The notes under the pieces are model-generated. The model saw only the letters and a list, made by a program, of their open reading frames with translations. It was not told where the DNA came from and ran no database searches. Of a stretch of 64,000 nt of DNA, positions 38,778-48,896 are shown in pieces. Within the stretch, counting starts at the first letter, position 1. Each line of letters opens with the position of its first letter. Both the position numbers and the translations under genes were made by a program. The stretch is from Rhodoferax sp. Lineage in GTDB: Bacteria > Pseudomonadota > Gammaproteobacteria > Burkholderiales > Burkholderiaceae_C. Where the stretch lies: contig NZ_JAXHNZ010000002.1 of NCBI RefSeq assembly GCF_034520025.1, positions 1,722,460 through 1,786,459 on the forward strand, given 5' to 3'.

Positions 38778-39377
38778 ATGCTTTCGAACCTCCGAACCTG
38801 GCGCCTACCGGCCCTTGTGGTGCTGGCAGCTGCGCTCACGGGCTGCTCTTTGCCGCGCATGATCGACAGCGACGTGCAGAGCTTTGCCGGCGCCACCGCA
38901 CCCGTCAGCCCGGCAGACTTCCGGTTTGAGCGCCTGCCCTCCAAACAAAACAGCAGCGCCCAGGACACGATAGAAAACTTGACCCAGGAAGCCCTGGAGC
39001 GCGTGGGCGTGATGCGCAATGACGCATCGGGCCGCTACTTGGTGATGGTCGGGTTGGGGGTGGACAGCATCCGCAACCCGCACTACCGGCCGCCACGTTC
39101 GCGGTTCATCCGGGGCGCAGATGGACGGCTCTACGAAGACCGACCCCTGACACCCGACATCGAGGTGCCTTGGTATCGCCATCGGGTGCACTTGACACTG
39201 CGTGACAGCACGACCAGCCAGGTGGCCTATGAGACCACCGCCGTTTTTGATGGCCCGTGGCGCGATACCCTGAACCTGCTGCCCCCCATGCTGGAAGCCG
39301 CGCTTAAGGACTACCCCATGCCGGTGCAGCGCAAAGTGGTGGTGGAGTTACCGGCCGCGAACAAAGAGAACCCTTAA
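38778..39377 (+). CDS. DUF4136-like lipoprotein
   Basis: Lipobox LTGC, IDSDVQSF, YRHRVHLTLRD...AYETTA. Confidence 0.7.
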   Translation: MLSNLRTWRLPALVVLAAALTGCSLPRMIDSDVQSFAGATAPVSPADFRFERLPSKQNSSAQDTIENLTQEALERVGVMRNDASGRYLVMVGLGVDSIRNPHYRPPRSRFIRGADGRLYEDRPLTPDIEVPWYRHRVHLTLRDSTTSQVAYETTAVFDGPWRDTLNLLPPMLEAALKDYPMPVQRKVVVELPAANKENP

Positions 39378-40027
39378 TGCCGGTCACCCGCATCATCGCA
39401 GTGCGCCACGGCGAAACCGCCTGGAATGTGGACACCCGCATCCAAGGCCAGCTCGACATAGGCCTAAACGACCGTGGCCTGTGGCAAGCCGAGAGGGTGG
39501 GCAAGGCCTTGGCAGAGGAATCCATAGACCGGATCTACAGCAGCGACCTGCAACGCGCCCACACCACGGCCCAAGCCATTGCCCGACACGCAACCAACCC
39601 GACAGCGCACGAGGTGCAACTGCACACCGGCTTGCGCGAGCGGAGCTTTGGCACCTTCGAGGGCGAGACTTGGGCGGACATTGCTGAGAAATGGCCCGAT
39701 GAGTCCCGCCGCTGGAAGCAGCGCGACCCGCACTTCGCGCCACCCGGTGGTGAAACGCCTACCCAGCTGCTGGCCCGCGTGCAGACCACGGTGGATGGCA
39801 TCGCCGCACGCCATCCGGGTGAACATATCGTGCTGGTCGCCCACGGCGGTGTGATGGACATGCTCTACCGCCTGGCCACCCGACAGGAGCTCCATGCCCC
39901 GCGCACTTGGCACTTGGGCAACGCGGCCATCAACCGGTTGCTGTGGACGCCCGACGGACTGAGCCTGGTCGGCTGGGGCGACGCACGCCACTTGGAAGAC
40001 GACGTGCTCGATGAAACTACCACCTAA
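39377..40027 (+). CDS. Histidine phosphatase (phosphoglycerate mutase family)
   Basis: VRHGET.WN..RIQG, YSSDLQRA..TA, LRERSFG, PPGGE, VAHGG. Confidence 0.93.
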   Translation: MPVTRIIAVRHGETAWNVDTRIQGQLDIGLNDRGLWQAERVGKALAEESIDRIYSSDLQRAHTTAQAIARHATNPTAHEVQLHTGLRERSFGTFEGETWADIAEKWPDESRRWKQRDPHFAPPGGETPTQLLARVQTTVDGIAARHPGEHIVLVAHGGVMDMLYRLATRQELHAPRTWHLGNAAINRLLWTPDGLSLVGWGDARHLEDDVLDETTT

Positions 40028-40045
40028 TACTTAAGTAAAACCGCC

Positions 40046-40507
40046 ATGCTCCACTACGCCTTGCACGCAGGCTCGGTCCCGTGGCAAGACCAGTTGCTTT
40101 ACGCCGGCATCATCATCGCGGTCATCGCTGCCGTGTTCTTCAGCCTGTGGTGGCGCAAGCGGGCAAGTCGCCCCCGCCAAGGCGACTTTGCGGCGCTGGT
40201 CCAGCAAGGCAATGTGGGCCAAGCCATGGCCGCACAAGCCCAAAGCCCCTTGGCTGATGCAGCCGATGCGTGGCAGGAAACCCGGCAGACGATGGACAAC
40301 GTCAAGTCAGGCGTGGAACACTTTCTTGCGCTGATTTTTGCGCTGCTCTCCGGACTGCTGTGCGTGATCAGCGTGGCAGCGGTGCTGGGCTATGTGTGGG
40401 ACTTTCCGGCGATGGATTGGGCATTGTTGGCCTTTTATGCGGCGCTAGGCAGCATCACCGGCTGGTTCACCCGGCTGCAGTGGCGCGATTTCCGCGGACA
40501 AAAATAG
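40046..40507 (+). CDS. Hypothetical membrane protein
   Basis: 153 aa, three hydrophobic helices, operonic spacing; no recognised motif. Confidence 0.65.
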   Translation: MLHYALHAGSVPWQDQLLYAGIIIAVIAAVFFSLWWRKRASRPRQGDFAALVQQGNVGQAMAAQAQSPLADAADAWQETRQTMDNVKSGVEHFLALIFALLSGLLCVISVAAVLGYVWDFPAMDWALLAFYAALGSITGWFTRLQWRDFRGQK

Positions 40508-40576
40508 ACGTCCACCCCCAGCGCGGCCTAGGGTTCCCCCGATCAGCACCAAGCGCTTGCTCGGAAAAAATGCTGC

Positions 40577-42331
40577 ATGAGCAAAATCATCGTTTTCGCC
40601 ACCCCGGTTTTCTTCCTCCTCATCGCCCTAGAGTTCGCCTGGAGCCGACGTGCCAACGCCCGCGTGCCGGGCAGCCGGGCCTATCGCCTCAACGACGCGA
40701 TCAACAGTATCAGCCTCGGCATCCTGAGCCAGGTGGCAGGGGTGCTCAGCAAAGTGCTTGCCGTGGGCATTTATGCTGCAGTGTTCAAAGCCGTGGCCTT
40801 GTACCCCGACCTTGCGTTCTGGAGCACCTGGTACGGCGTGGTGCTGGCGCTGGTGTTTTACGATTTTTGCTACTACTGGCTGCACCGCGCCGGCCACGTG
40901 GTGGCGCTGTTCTGGGCGGCCCATGTGGTGCACCACCAGAGCCAGCACTACAACCTGTCGACCGCTTTGCGCCAGACCAGCAGCGGGGCATTGTTCGGCT
41001 GGGTGTTTTACCTGCCGATGGCTATAGCCGGGGTGCCACCGCTGATTTTCGGCATCGTGGCGCTGATCGACCTGCTTTACCAGTTCTGGGTGCACACCGA
41101 GCAGGTGGGCAAGCTAGGCTGGTTTGACCGCGTGTTTTGCTCACCCAGCAACCACCGGGTGCACCACGCAGTGAACGACCCATACATCGACAAAAACTAC
41201 GGAGGCATCCTGATGCTGTGGGACCGCATGTTTGGCACTTTCCGTGAGGAAGATGAGCCCTGCGTGTACGGCACCCGCGGCGCGCTCAACAGCTGGGACC
41301 CGGTCTGGGCCAATGCCGAGGTTTACTGGGGTCTGGCCAAAGACAGCTGGGCCACCCGCCGCTGGGTCGACAAGCTGCGCATCTGGTTCATGCCGCCGGG
41401 CTGGCAACCGGCAGACCTGGCCGCGGCCCATCCCAAACCCGCATTCTGCTTGGAGCAAGTGCAGACGTTTAACCCACCCTTAAGCACCCGCCAGCATTGG
41501 TTCGCAGGCCTTCAGTTCTTAGCTCTGCTGGGTGCTGTGGCGGCATTTTTGTGGGTGGCGGACAGCCTGAGCTTTACCGATGCTGCGCTCTACGCTTCGG
41601 GTCTGTTTGCCTCGGTATGGGCGGTAGGCCGATTCATGCAACATGGCCTGAGCACGCTGGAAGTGTTGGCAGTAGAGACTGCGGCTTGGGCGAGCCTGAG
41701 TGCCGTGGACCTGCTGCCTGGCCACTTACTAGCCAAACCGTTGGTGATGACAATCGCTATTATTTTTGTAGCAACTCGCGCTTATTTCATGAGCGCCAGT
41801 GAACAAAAACACTTCAAATCGACTAGTCTGCTACTTGCGGCGTTGGCATTTTCGCTGGCCGGTGATGTGTTTCTGATGCAGCCCGGCGACTATTTCATTC
41901 CCGGGCTGGCAGCGTTTCTGGTGGCGCACGCCTTCTACATCGCCCTGTTCCGGCAGGATGCGCCGTGGTTTGCTAACCGCAGGGCGTTGCAAAGTGTGCT
42001 GGCCGTTGGCGCCGGAGTGTATGCCGTGCTGTGGAGCCACTTGCCCGACATGGGCCTGCAAATCGCTGTGGCGGCCTACATCACGGTGATTTGCCTGATG
42101 ACCTCACAAGCCTTGGGCAGAGCCAGCACATTGGGTGATGCGGCTGCGGCGCGCGTGGCTTTGGGCGCCTGCATCTTCATGGCGAGTGACGCGCTGATCG
42201 CGGTCAACAAGTTCCTGATGCCGGTGCCGCTGGCATCGTTCTGGATTTTGGTGACTTACTTTGCTGCGCAGCTGTTGATCGTGCACTTTGCACGCCCCGC
42301 CGGTAAGGCTGCCGCCAACGCGATCGATTAG
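40577..42331 (+). CDS. Fusion: alkylglycerol monooxygenase-like (sterol desaturase family) + YhhN lysoplasmalogenase-like domain
   Basis: His boxes [27 protein letters not shown], then DKNYGG. C-terminal [34 protein letters not shown]. Confidence 0.85.
   Translation: MSKIIVFATPVFFLLIALEFAWSRRANARVPGSRAYRLNDAINSISLGILSQVAGVLSKVLAVGIYAAVFKAVALYPDLAFWSTWYGVVLALVFYDFCYYWLHRAGHVVALFWAAHVVHHQSQHYNLSTALRQTSSGALFGWVFYLPMAIAGVPPLIFGIVALIDLLYQFWVHTEQVGKLGWFDRVFCSPSNHRVHHAVNDPYIDKNYGGILMLWDRMFGTFREEDEPCVYGTRGALNSWDPVWANAEVYWGLAKDSWATRRWVDKLRIWFMPPGWQPADLAAAHPKPAFCLEQVQTFNPPLSTRQHWFAGLQFLALLGAVAAFLWVADSLSFTDAALYASGLFASVWAVGRFMQHGLSTLEVLAVETAAWASLSAVDLLPGHLLAKPLVMTIAIIFVATRAYFMSASEQKHFKSTSLLLAALAFSLAGDVFLMQPGDYFIPGLAAFLVAHAFYIALFRQDAPWFANRRALQSVLAVGAGVYAVLWSHLPDMGLQIAVAAYITVICLMTSQALGRASTLGDAAAARVALGACIFMASDALIAVNKFLMPVPLASFWILVTYFAAQLLIVHFARPAGKAAANAID
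41754..41813 (+). repeat. 60-bp dispersed motif, copy 5 (inside the YhhN domain, in frame)
   Basis: TCGCTATTATTTTTGTAGCAACTCGCGCTTATTTCATGAGCGCCAGTGAACAAAAACACT; encodes [20 protein letters not shown]. Confidence 0.88.
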
Positions 42332-43395
42332 TCGCCCAGCAAATCCACCGCAGGACCCGCTGGTGCGGTCACCCCCAAGTGGCGGTAGGCCGCCAGCGTG
42401 GCAATGCGGCCGCGCGGGGTGCGCTGCAGGTAGCCCTGCTGGATCAGGTAGGGCTCGATCACGTCTTCAATGGTTTCGCGCTCTTCGCCGATGCTGGCGG
42501 CTATGTTGTCCAGCCCCACGGGGCCGCCATCGAAGCGGTGAATCACGGCCTCCAACAGCTTACGGTCCATCAGGTCAAAGCCTTGCGGATCCACATCCAG
42601 CATGGCCAGTGCGCGGTTGGCAATATCGAGAGTGATCTTGCCGTCGCCCTTGACCTCGGCAAAGTCGCGCACGCGGCGCAGCAGGCGGTTGGCAATCCGC
42701 GGTGTGCCGCGCGAACGGCGGGCGATCTCGAAACCACCGTCCTCATCCATGGGCACACCCAGCAAACCGGCACTGCGCTTCACGATGCGGGCCAGTTCCT
42801 CATTCGTATAAAACTCCAGCCGCGCTACGATGCCGAAGCGGTCCCGCAGCGGGTTGGTCAGCATGCCGGCGCGGGTGGTGGCGCCCACCAGCGTGAAAGG
42901 CTGCAAGTCGAGCTTGATGGAGCGGGCGGCCGGACCCTCGCCGATCATGATGTCGATCTTGTAGTCCTCCAGCGCGGGGTACAAGATCTCTTCCACCACC
43001 GCAGAGAGGCGGTGGATTTCATCGATGAAGAGAACGTCGTTCTTTTCCAGGTTGGTCAGCAGCGCGGCCAAATCTTTTGGCTTTTCGAGCACCGGGCCAG
43101 AGGTCTGGCGCAGGTTCACGCCGAGCTCGTGGGCAATGATGTGGCTCAGCGTGGTTTTGCCCAAACCGGGCGGGCCGAACAGCAGCACGTGATCCAACGC
43201 TTCGTCCCGCTTTTTGGCAGCGCCGATGAAAATTTCCAGCTGCTCGCGCACCTTTGCCTGGCCCACATACTCATCGAGCAGCTTGGGGCGCAGGGCGCGT
43301 TCGATGGCCTCTTCGCTGTTAGACACAGGCGCGGCCGACACTACGCGGGGCGCAGGCGGCGGGGGAACAGCAAAATCGTCGGTCTGAATGCTCAC
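42328..43395 (-). CDS. ruvB: Holliday junction branch migration helicase
   Basis: [49 protein letters not shown]. Confidence 0.99.
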   Translation of the reverse strand: MSIQTDDFAVPPPPAPRVVSAAPVSNSEEAIERALRPKLLDEYVGQAKVREQLEIFIGAAKKRDEALDHVLLFGPPGLGKTTLSHIIAHELGVNLRQTSGPVLEKPKDLAALLTNLEKNDVLFIDEIHRLSAVVEEILYPALEDYKIDIMIGEGPAARSIKLDLQPFTLVGATTRAGMLTNPLRDRFGIVARLEFYTNEELARIVKRSAGLLGVPMDEDGGFEIARRSRGTPRIANRLLRRVRDFAEVKGDGKITLDIANRALAMLDVDPQGFDLMDRKLLEAVIHRFDGGPVGLDNIAASIGEERETIEDVIEPYLIQQGYLQRTPRGRIATLAAYRHLGVTAPAGPAVDLLGD

Positions 43396-43571
43396 AGCAG
43401 CGGCCTATCCAAGCAGAAAAAACAAGATACCCAAACGGGGTGCCCACTATAGCGCGCGCCATGCCGGACTTAAGAGAACCGGACCGACTGCCGATACCCA
43501 TCACAACACCACTGTGTCAGCTGAGGCCAGGCGCCGCCGCCAACTCCTGCCAGTGTTTGAAAGGCCCACCG

Positions 43572-44702
43572 TTGATACCCCGCTCCCTTGAACTCTACCG
43601 GCCACGCTTGCGACCACTGCGCTTGGGCACACCGTGGGCTGCACTATTGGCTGTCAGCCTGTGTATAGCGCCGGTGTGGGCCAACGATGCGAAGCCTGCC
43701 AAAAAGCCCGTGGTGGGTGAGATATCGGCCACCAGCGCCTCCAACCCCAAAGAGGTCGGCGACCAGCTGCGTGAAGCCTTGGGCAAAGACGTGATGGGCA
43801 AAAAGAAACTGCTGATCAACGTCTCCAAAGTGCCCGGAGCCGGCGGTTCACCCACCGCCCCGGCGCGCAACAAAGCGCCCAGCAAAAACAGCGACGCCAG
43901 CGGCTCAGGCGGCCAAAGCAGCCGCCAGTACATCGAGGCGCGCGCCGCTGCGATGGCGGGCACCAGCATTGGGCCCGCCTTGCCGGTGCTGACCGCGCCT
44001 GCTGGCATGCCGGCTATGCCGCCCATTTGGTCTTACGAGGGGGATAGCGGTCCGCAAGCCTGGGGGCAACTCCGCCCCGACTACCAGTTGTGTGCCAACG
44101 GCCAGCGCCAATCGCCCATCAACATTGAAGAGGGCAGCACTTTGCAGGGGCCCGCAGAGCCCATCGAGTTCAGCTACCTTCCCAGCCAAGGCGTCGTCAT
44201 CAACACCGGACGCACCATCCGGGTCGATGTCGATGGGGTCAACTCGATTTTTGTGCGCGGCTCGCGCTACCGCTTGGTCCATGTGGACTTCCACAGCCCG
44301 TCCGAGATGGCGATCAACTACCGCCGCTTCTCGATGGTGGCCCACTTGCACCACCAGAATGAGCAGGGCCAGCTCGCCATAGTCGCCGTCTCTTTGGACC
44401 CGGGCGAACCGAACCCCCTGATTGAAAAAGTGTGGACCTACATGCCACTCGATGTAGGCGACCGTGTGGAAATGCCGCGATCCACCTTGAATCTGAGCGA
44501 GCTGCTCCCGTCAGACACCCGGTATTTTCAGTACATGGGCTCGTTGACGACACCGCCTTGCACCGAAGGGGTGCTGTGGCTCGTTTTAAAGCAGCCCGCA
44601 GCCCTCAGCGCGCAGCAACTGCGCCTATTCACCCAGCTCTATCCGCAAAATGCCCGCCCTGTGCAGCGAACGAATGGCCGGCCTGTGCGTGAAGCGCAAT
44701 AA
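43572..44702 (+). CDS. Alpha-carbonic anhydrase family protein with N-terminal extension and altered active site
   Basis: WSYEGDSGPQAWG, C.NGQRQSPINI, YMGSLTTPPCTEGVLW, QNARPVQ. ORF opens at 43440; start uncertain. Confidence 0.85.
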   Translation: MIPRSLELYRPRLRPLRLGTPWAALLAVSLCIAPVWANDAKPAKKPVVGEISATSASNPKEVGDQLREALGKDVMGKKKLLINVSKVPGAGGSPTAPARNKAPSKNSDASGSGGQSSRQYIEARAAAMAGTSIGPALPVLTAPAGMPAMPPIWSYEGDSGPQAWGQLRPDYQLCANGQRQSPINIEEGSTLQGPAEPIEFSYLPSQGVVINTGRTIRVDVDGVNSIFVRGSRYRLVHVDFHSPSEMAINYRRFSMVAHLHHQNEQGQLAIVAVSLDPGEPNPLIEKVWTYMPLDVGDRVEMPRSTLNLSELLPSDTRYFQYMGSLTTPPCTEGVLWLVLKQPAALSAQQLRLFTQLYPQNARPVQRTNGRPVREAQ

Positions 44703-44718
44703 GGCGGCACGAAGCGAA

Positions 44719-44778
44719 TTGCTATCAAAAATATAGCTGCGGGCGCAATCAAAACCTGCGCTAGAGGCCTATTTGGCC
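44719..44778 (+). repeat. 60-bp dispersed motif, copy 6 (between CA and ruvA, overlapping the ruvA stop)
   Basis: TTGCTATCAAAAATATAGCTGCGGGCGCAATCAAAACCTGCGCTAGAGGCCTATTTGGCC. Confidence 0.9.
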
Positions 44779-45341
44779 AATGACTTCAGCGCCATCTTGA
44801 TGCCTTCGCTGACACCCACATCTTTGGGCAGGGCCTTGAGTGCGGCGGCCGCTTCCTTGTCACTGTAGCCCAGAGCCAGCAGCGCCTGCAGGATGTCAGA
44901 CTGCGCATCGCCCACGGCGCCCAGAGGCGCCCCAAGGTCTGCACCCAACTTGCCCTTGAGCTCCAGCAGCAAGCGCTCAGCCGTTTTCTTGCCAATGCCC
45001 GGCACCTTGATCAAGCGGCCCGCCTCCTGCAAGGTGACCGCCTGTGCCAAGTCGCCCACGTCCATGCCTGACAGCACGGACAAGGCGGTACGCGGCCCCA
45101 CACCAGAGATCTTGATCAATTCCCGGAACGCCTCGCGCTCGGTGCTGGTGGCAAAACCGTACAGAATTTGTGCGTCTTCCCGCACCACAAAGTGGGTAAG
45201 CAGCGTGACCTTGTTGCCGTCGGCGGGCAGGTTGTAGAAGGTGCTCATGGGCACCTGCACCTCGTAGCCCACGCCGCCGCAGTCGATGATGACTTGCGGT
45301 GGGTTTTTGTCGCTGACGATGCCTGTGAGTTTGCCGATCAT
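44769..45341 (-). CDS. ruvA: Holliday junction branch migration protein
   Basis: [59 protein letters not shown]. Confidence 0.98.
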   Translation of the reverse strand: MIGKLTGIVSDKNPPQVIIDCGGVGYEVQVPMSTFYNLPADGNKVTLLTHFVVREDAQILYGFATSTEREAFRELIKISGVGPRTALSVLSGMDVGDLAQAVTLQEAGRLIKVPGIGKKTAERLLLELKGKLGADLGAPLGAVGDAQSDILQALLALGYSDKEAAAALKALPKDVGVSEGIKMALKSLAK

Positions 45342-45472
45342 GGTGCGGAGTCCGGGGTTCTTGGAGTGGTGGATGGCCAGCGAGGCCACGGTTCGGATCA
45401 AATTGGGGACAATGCAGGGGTAGCGCTCGTGTGGCGCCCCTTCGCAGTCCCCTGCTTTGCCGGATTATCAGC

Positions 45473-46495
45473 TTGATTCTCAAACACATCTTCACCCCGC
45501 TGAACAACACGCGTCTCTCGCACCTGTGCGGGCCGACCGACGAACACCTGCGCACCATCGAGCGCGAGCTGGAAGTCAAAATCGCCCACCGCCACGAGCA
45601 GTTCAAGGTGGAAGGCGCTAAGGCCAAAGCTCAGCGCGCCATGGAGATGCTGCAAGCCCTGTACGAGATTGCCGGCCGGCCGATTGCCGCCTCTACCGTG
45701 CAGCTCATGCTCAGCGGCGATGGCGAGTTGGGTGCTGACGGACCGACTTTGTCCACCCGCCGTGCGGATCTCAAACCCCGCAGCCAGAACCAGGCACTGT
45801 ACCTGGACAACATTGCCGAGTTCGACATTACCTTCGGCATTGGCCCCGCCGGCACCGGAAAGACCTATCTGGCAGTCGCCGCTGCAGTGGACGCGCTGCA
45901 GCGCAGCTCGGTGCAGCGGATTGTGCTGACCCGCCCCGCTGTGGAAGCGGGCGAGCGCTTGGGCTTTCTGCCCGGCGACCTGAACCAGAAGGTGGACCCG
46001 TATCTGCGTCCCCTGTACGACGCGCTCTACGACCTGATGGGCTACGACCAGGTGCACAAGGCCTTTGAGCGCCAGCAACTTGAAATTGCACCCCTGGCCT
46101 TCATGCGCGGGCGCACACTGAACAACGCCTTTGTGATTCTGGACGAGGCACAAAACACCACGCCCGAACAGATGAAGATGTTTTTGACGCGCGTGGGCTT
46201 CGGCACCAAAACGGTGATCACGGGCGACCTCACCCAGATCGACCTGCCCAAGGCGCAGATGAGCGGCTTGGTGGAAGCCGAGCGCGTGCTGCGCCGCACG
46301 CCGGGTATTGCCATCACCCGCCTTACCAGTTCTGACATCGTGCGCCATCCGCTGGTGGCCCGCATCGTGGACGCCTATGAGGCGGCGCGGCTGGAAGACC
46401 TGCCGCAAATTACGATTCCCGAGCCGGAGCCCGAACTCCCCCGCGTGGGCCTGCCCAAGACCCGCAGTGCATCACGAACCGTGCGCCGTAGCTAA
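45473..46495 (+). CDS. PhoH family protein (YbeZ-like)
   Basis: GPAGTGKTYLAV, RPAVEAGERLGFLPGD, FMRGRTL, LDEAQN, IVRHPLV. TTG start inferred. Confidence 0.95.
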   Translation: MILKHIFTPLNNTRLSHLCGPTDEHLRTIERELEVKIAHRHEQFKVEGAKAKAQRAMEMLQALYEIAGRPIAASTVQLMLSGDGELGADGPTLSTRRADLKPRSQNQALYLDNIAEFDITFGIGPAGTGKTYLAVAAAVDALQRSSVQRIVLTRPAVEAGERLGFLPGDLNQKVDPYLRPLYDALYDLMGYDQVHKAFERQQLEIAPLAFMRGRTLNNAFVILDEAQNTTPEQMKMFLTRVGFGTKTVITGDLTQIDLPKAQMSGLVEAERVLRRTPGIAITRLTSSDIVRHPLVARIVDAYEAARLEDLPQITIPEPEPELPRVGLPKTRSASRTVRRS

Positions 46496-46507
46496 ACCTT
46501 TTTTGCA

Positions 46508-46963
46508 ATGATGAAACCCATGCTCCCAGAACTCAGTCTCTCCCTGCAATTCGGCAAGATCCAAGACATAGACGAGCACCGCGAGGCGCTCAAGCGCCAC
46601 AAAGTCATCCGCTGGATCCGCAACACCCTGGAGGTGGACGGCGAAATCACCGTGCGCATCGTGGACGCCGAAGAGGGCCAGACGCTGAACCGCGAATACC
46701 GCCAGAAGGACTACGCCACCAACGTGCTGACCTTCGACTACACGCAAGAGCCTGTCACCGCAGACTTGGTGCTGTGCGCGCCGGTGATTGCCAAAGAAGC
46801 CAAAGAGCAAAAGAAAACGCTGGAAGCCCATTACGCCCACATGATCGTGCACGGCACCCTGCACGCGCAGGGCTGGGACCACGAGCTGGACGAAGACGCG
46901 GAAGTGATGGAGCTGCGCGAGAGCGAGATCATGGCGCGGTTGGGGTTCAAGAACCCCTATTGA
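46508..46963 (+). CDS. ybeY: rRNA maturation endoribonuclease YbeY
   Basis: [32 protein letters not shown]. Confidence 0.96.
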   Translation: MMKPMLPELSLSLQFGKIQDIDEHREALKRHKVIRWIRNTLEVDGEITVRIVDAEEGQTLNREYRQKDYATNVLTFDYTQEPVTADLVLCAPVIAKEAKEQKKTLEAHYAHMIVHGTLHAQGWDHELDEDAEVMELRESEIMARLGFKNPY

Positions 46964-46989
46964 TCCTTGTTGGTGGTGCGCTCCGGAGC

Positions 46990-47067
46990 AGCCGCCTTGG
47001 GCGCTTTGCTCTGTGTCCCCCGCGCTTCGCGCTCCTCCTTGACCTGCGCAAAGCGCCCAAGGCGGCT
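46990..47067. repeat. 20-bp perfect inverted repeat element (REP/MITE-like, terminator-capable)
   Basis: AGCCGCCTTGGGCGCTTTGC ... GCAAAGCGCCCAAGGCGGCT, 38-nt interior with a GCGC-TTC-GCGC mini-hairpin, followed by TTT. Confidence 0.8.
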
Positions 47068-47112
47068 TTTCCTACGGATTATTCCTTGCGAGGGATGACC
47101 TGCGCCCCTCTA

Positions 47113-47511
47113 TCAATCCGCGTAACGCGTCCTAGCGATGTTCGTACGTTTGCGCATGCGGCCGATCAGCAGCAAGCCCACCGCAGCCAGCACCACCAAG
47201 CCCACCATGCCGAAAGCCCAGATCACCCACAAGAGCGGGGCCACCCAGTCCAGCAGCGGCGTGATCCACGGCATGACAGCGGCGAGCACTTCCACGGACC
47301 ACACGATGGTCGCGCGCACTGCTTCTGCGGTGCCTGCGTCTGTCCAGAGCGCAATCCATGGTGGCAGCGGCCATTGGGCGATGGTCTGAAGCCCGCCCTG
47401 CAAATCCACGCCTTGACCTGCCACCCAACTGGCCAAGGCCGCCGAGAGGCCGATAAAGCCGGTCCACAACAAGGCGAGAAATACGGTGGCAATAGCAAGT
47501 GCGATTTTCAT
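47113..47511 (-). CDS. Hypothetical membrane protein
   Basis: MKIALAIATVFLALLWTG..., two hydrophobic stretches, basic C-terminus. Confidence 0.7.
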   Translation of the reverse strand: MKIALAIATVFLALLWTGFIGLSAALASWVAGQGVDLQGGLQTIAQWPLPPWIALWTDAGTAEAVRATIVWSVEVLAAVMPWITPLLDWVAPLLWVIWAFGMVGLVVLAAVGLLLIGRMRKRTNIARTRYAD

Positions 47512-47658
47512 GGCCGGATTATCGAGACGATGCGCGATGGGGTCCTTGAATCCATGCGCAAGAGCCCGCACGCGCAGGGGCCTTCGCCATGAATGAACCG
47601 GCGTGCCTGCGCCACCAAGGCGACTGCTCCCGGACCCATGAGCCATCACAATGGAGCG

Positions 47659-48348
47659 ATGGAATTTACCGAACTCATCCAAGCACGCAAAAGCATCCGT
47701 GGCTACCTGCAAAAGCCCGTGCCGCGTCACCTCATTCGCGAAATTATTGAAGTCGCCAAGTGGGCGCCTTCGTCCATGAACACCCAGCCATGGCATGTCC
47801 ATGTCGTCACCGGTGCGCCGCTAGACCGTATTCGTGAAGGAAATACGCACAACATGTTGGCGGGGGTGCCCCCCAAGCGCGATTTCCCGATGAAAGAAGC
47901 GTACGAAGGCGTTCACCGCAGGCGTCAAATCGACATTGCGGTACAGCTGTTCGACGCGATGGGCATCGAACGCGACGACAAGGCCCGACGCACTGACTGG
48001 GTGATGCGCGGCTTCCGGCAATTCGATGCACCCGTGTCCTTGGTGCTGACCTATGACAAATACCTGGAACCTGCGGCCATCAGCCAATTCGACCTGGGTG
48101 CCCTGTCTCATGCCATCGTGCTCGCCGCGTGGGAGCGCGGTTTGGGTTGCGTGATCAACGGTCAAGGCATCATGCAGTCCGCTGTAGTGCGCGAGCATGC
48201 GGGCATTCCCGACGACCAGAACATCATGATCTGCATCGCCACGGGTTACCCGGATGAAAGCTTTGTGGCAAACGACGTGAAATCAGTGCGCGAAGCCCAC
48301 GACACCTTTGTGCGCTATGTCGGGTTTGAGGAGACCGGCGGCTGCTAA
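47659..48348 (+). CDS. Nitroreductase family flavoprotein
   Basis: [34 protein letters not shown]. Confidence 0.92.
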   Translation: MEFTELIQARKSIRGYLQKPVPRHLIREIIEVAKWAPSSMNTQPWHVHVVTGAPLDRIREGNTHNMLAGVPPKRDFPMKEAYEGVHRRRQIDIAVQLFDAMGIERDDKARRTDWVMRGFRQFDAPVSLVLTYDKYLEPAAISQFDLGALSHAIVLAAWERGLGCVINGQGIMQSAVVREHAGIPDDQNIMICIATGYPDESFVANDVKSVREAHDTFVRYVGFEETGGC

Positions 48349-48836
48349 AGGTAGTCAAGCGAACGTGATGCGGCCTCGATAGGCGCCACCCGCATGGGAA
48401 TCGTCACTGGCCCGTCATTGACAAGCTCCACCTGCATGTCCGCGGCGAATATGCCGGTCTGCACAATGGAGTGCGCGGTGCGGGCCTGGGCCACAAAGTA
48501 GTCATACAAACGCCGCCCCTCATCGGGCGCAGCAGCCGCCTTAAAGCTGGGCCGGTTGCCGCCGGAGGTATCCGCAGCCAGCGTGAACTGGCTCACAAGG
48601 AGCAAGCCACCGTGCTGGCCTGCGCCGTCCAGATCTTGCACGCTGCGGTTCATCTTGCCGTTTGCATCGCTAAAGATGCGCAGCTTGAGCAACTTGGACA
48701 AGAGCTTGTCGGCCTGCGCTTCGGTATCACCCTGCTCGGCGCAGACCAATACCAGCAGGCCTTGCACAATCTTGCCCACCGTTGCGCCGCCCACCACCAC
48801 CTGTGCGCGGCGAACGCGCTGCACGACCGAGATCAT
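48345..48836 (-). CDS. dtd: D-aminoacyl-tRNA deacylase
   Basis: [44 protein letters not shown]. Confidence 0.97.
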   Translation of the reverse strand: MISVVQRVRRAQVVVGGATVGKIVQGLLVLVCAEQGDTEAQADKLLSKLLKLRIFSDANGKMNRSVQDLDGAGQHGGLLLVSQFTLAADTSGGNRPSFKAAAAPDEGRRLYDYFVAQARTAHSIVQTGIFAADMQVELVNDGPVTIPMRVAPIEAASRSLDYL

Positions 48837-48896
48837 GGTGTTTTTGGCCTCCAGCCCTTATAAAACATGCGCAAGCAGCTATGAAAATAGGAGCAA
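48837..48896 (-). repeat. 60-bp dispersed motif, copy 7 (entire tyrS-dtd intergenic spacer)
   Basis: TTGCTCCTATTTTCATAGCTGCTTGCGCATGTTTTATAAGGGCTGGAGGCCAAAAACACC, between the tyrS TAA and the dtd ATG. Confidence 0.9.
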
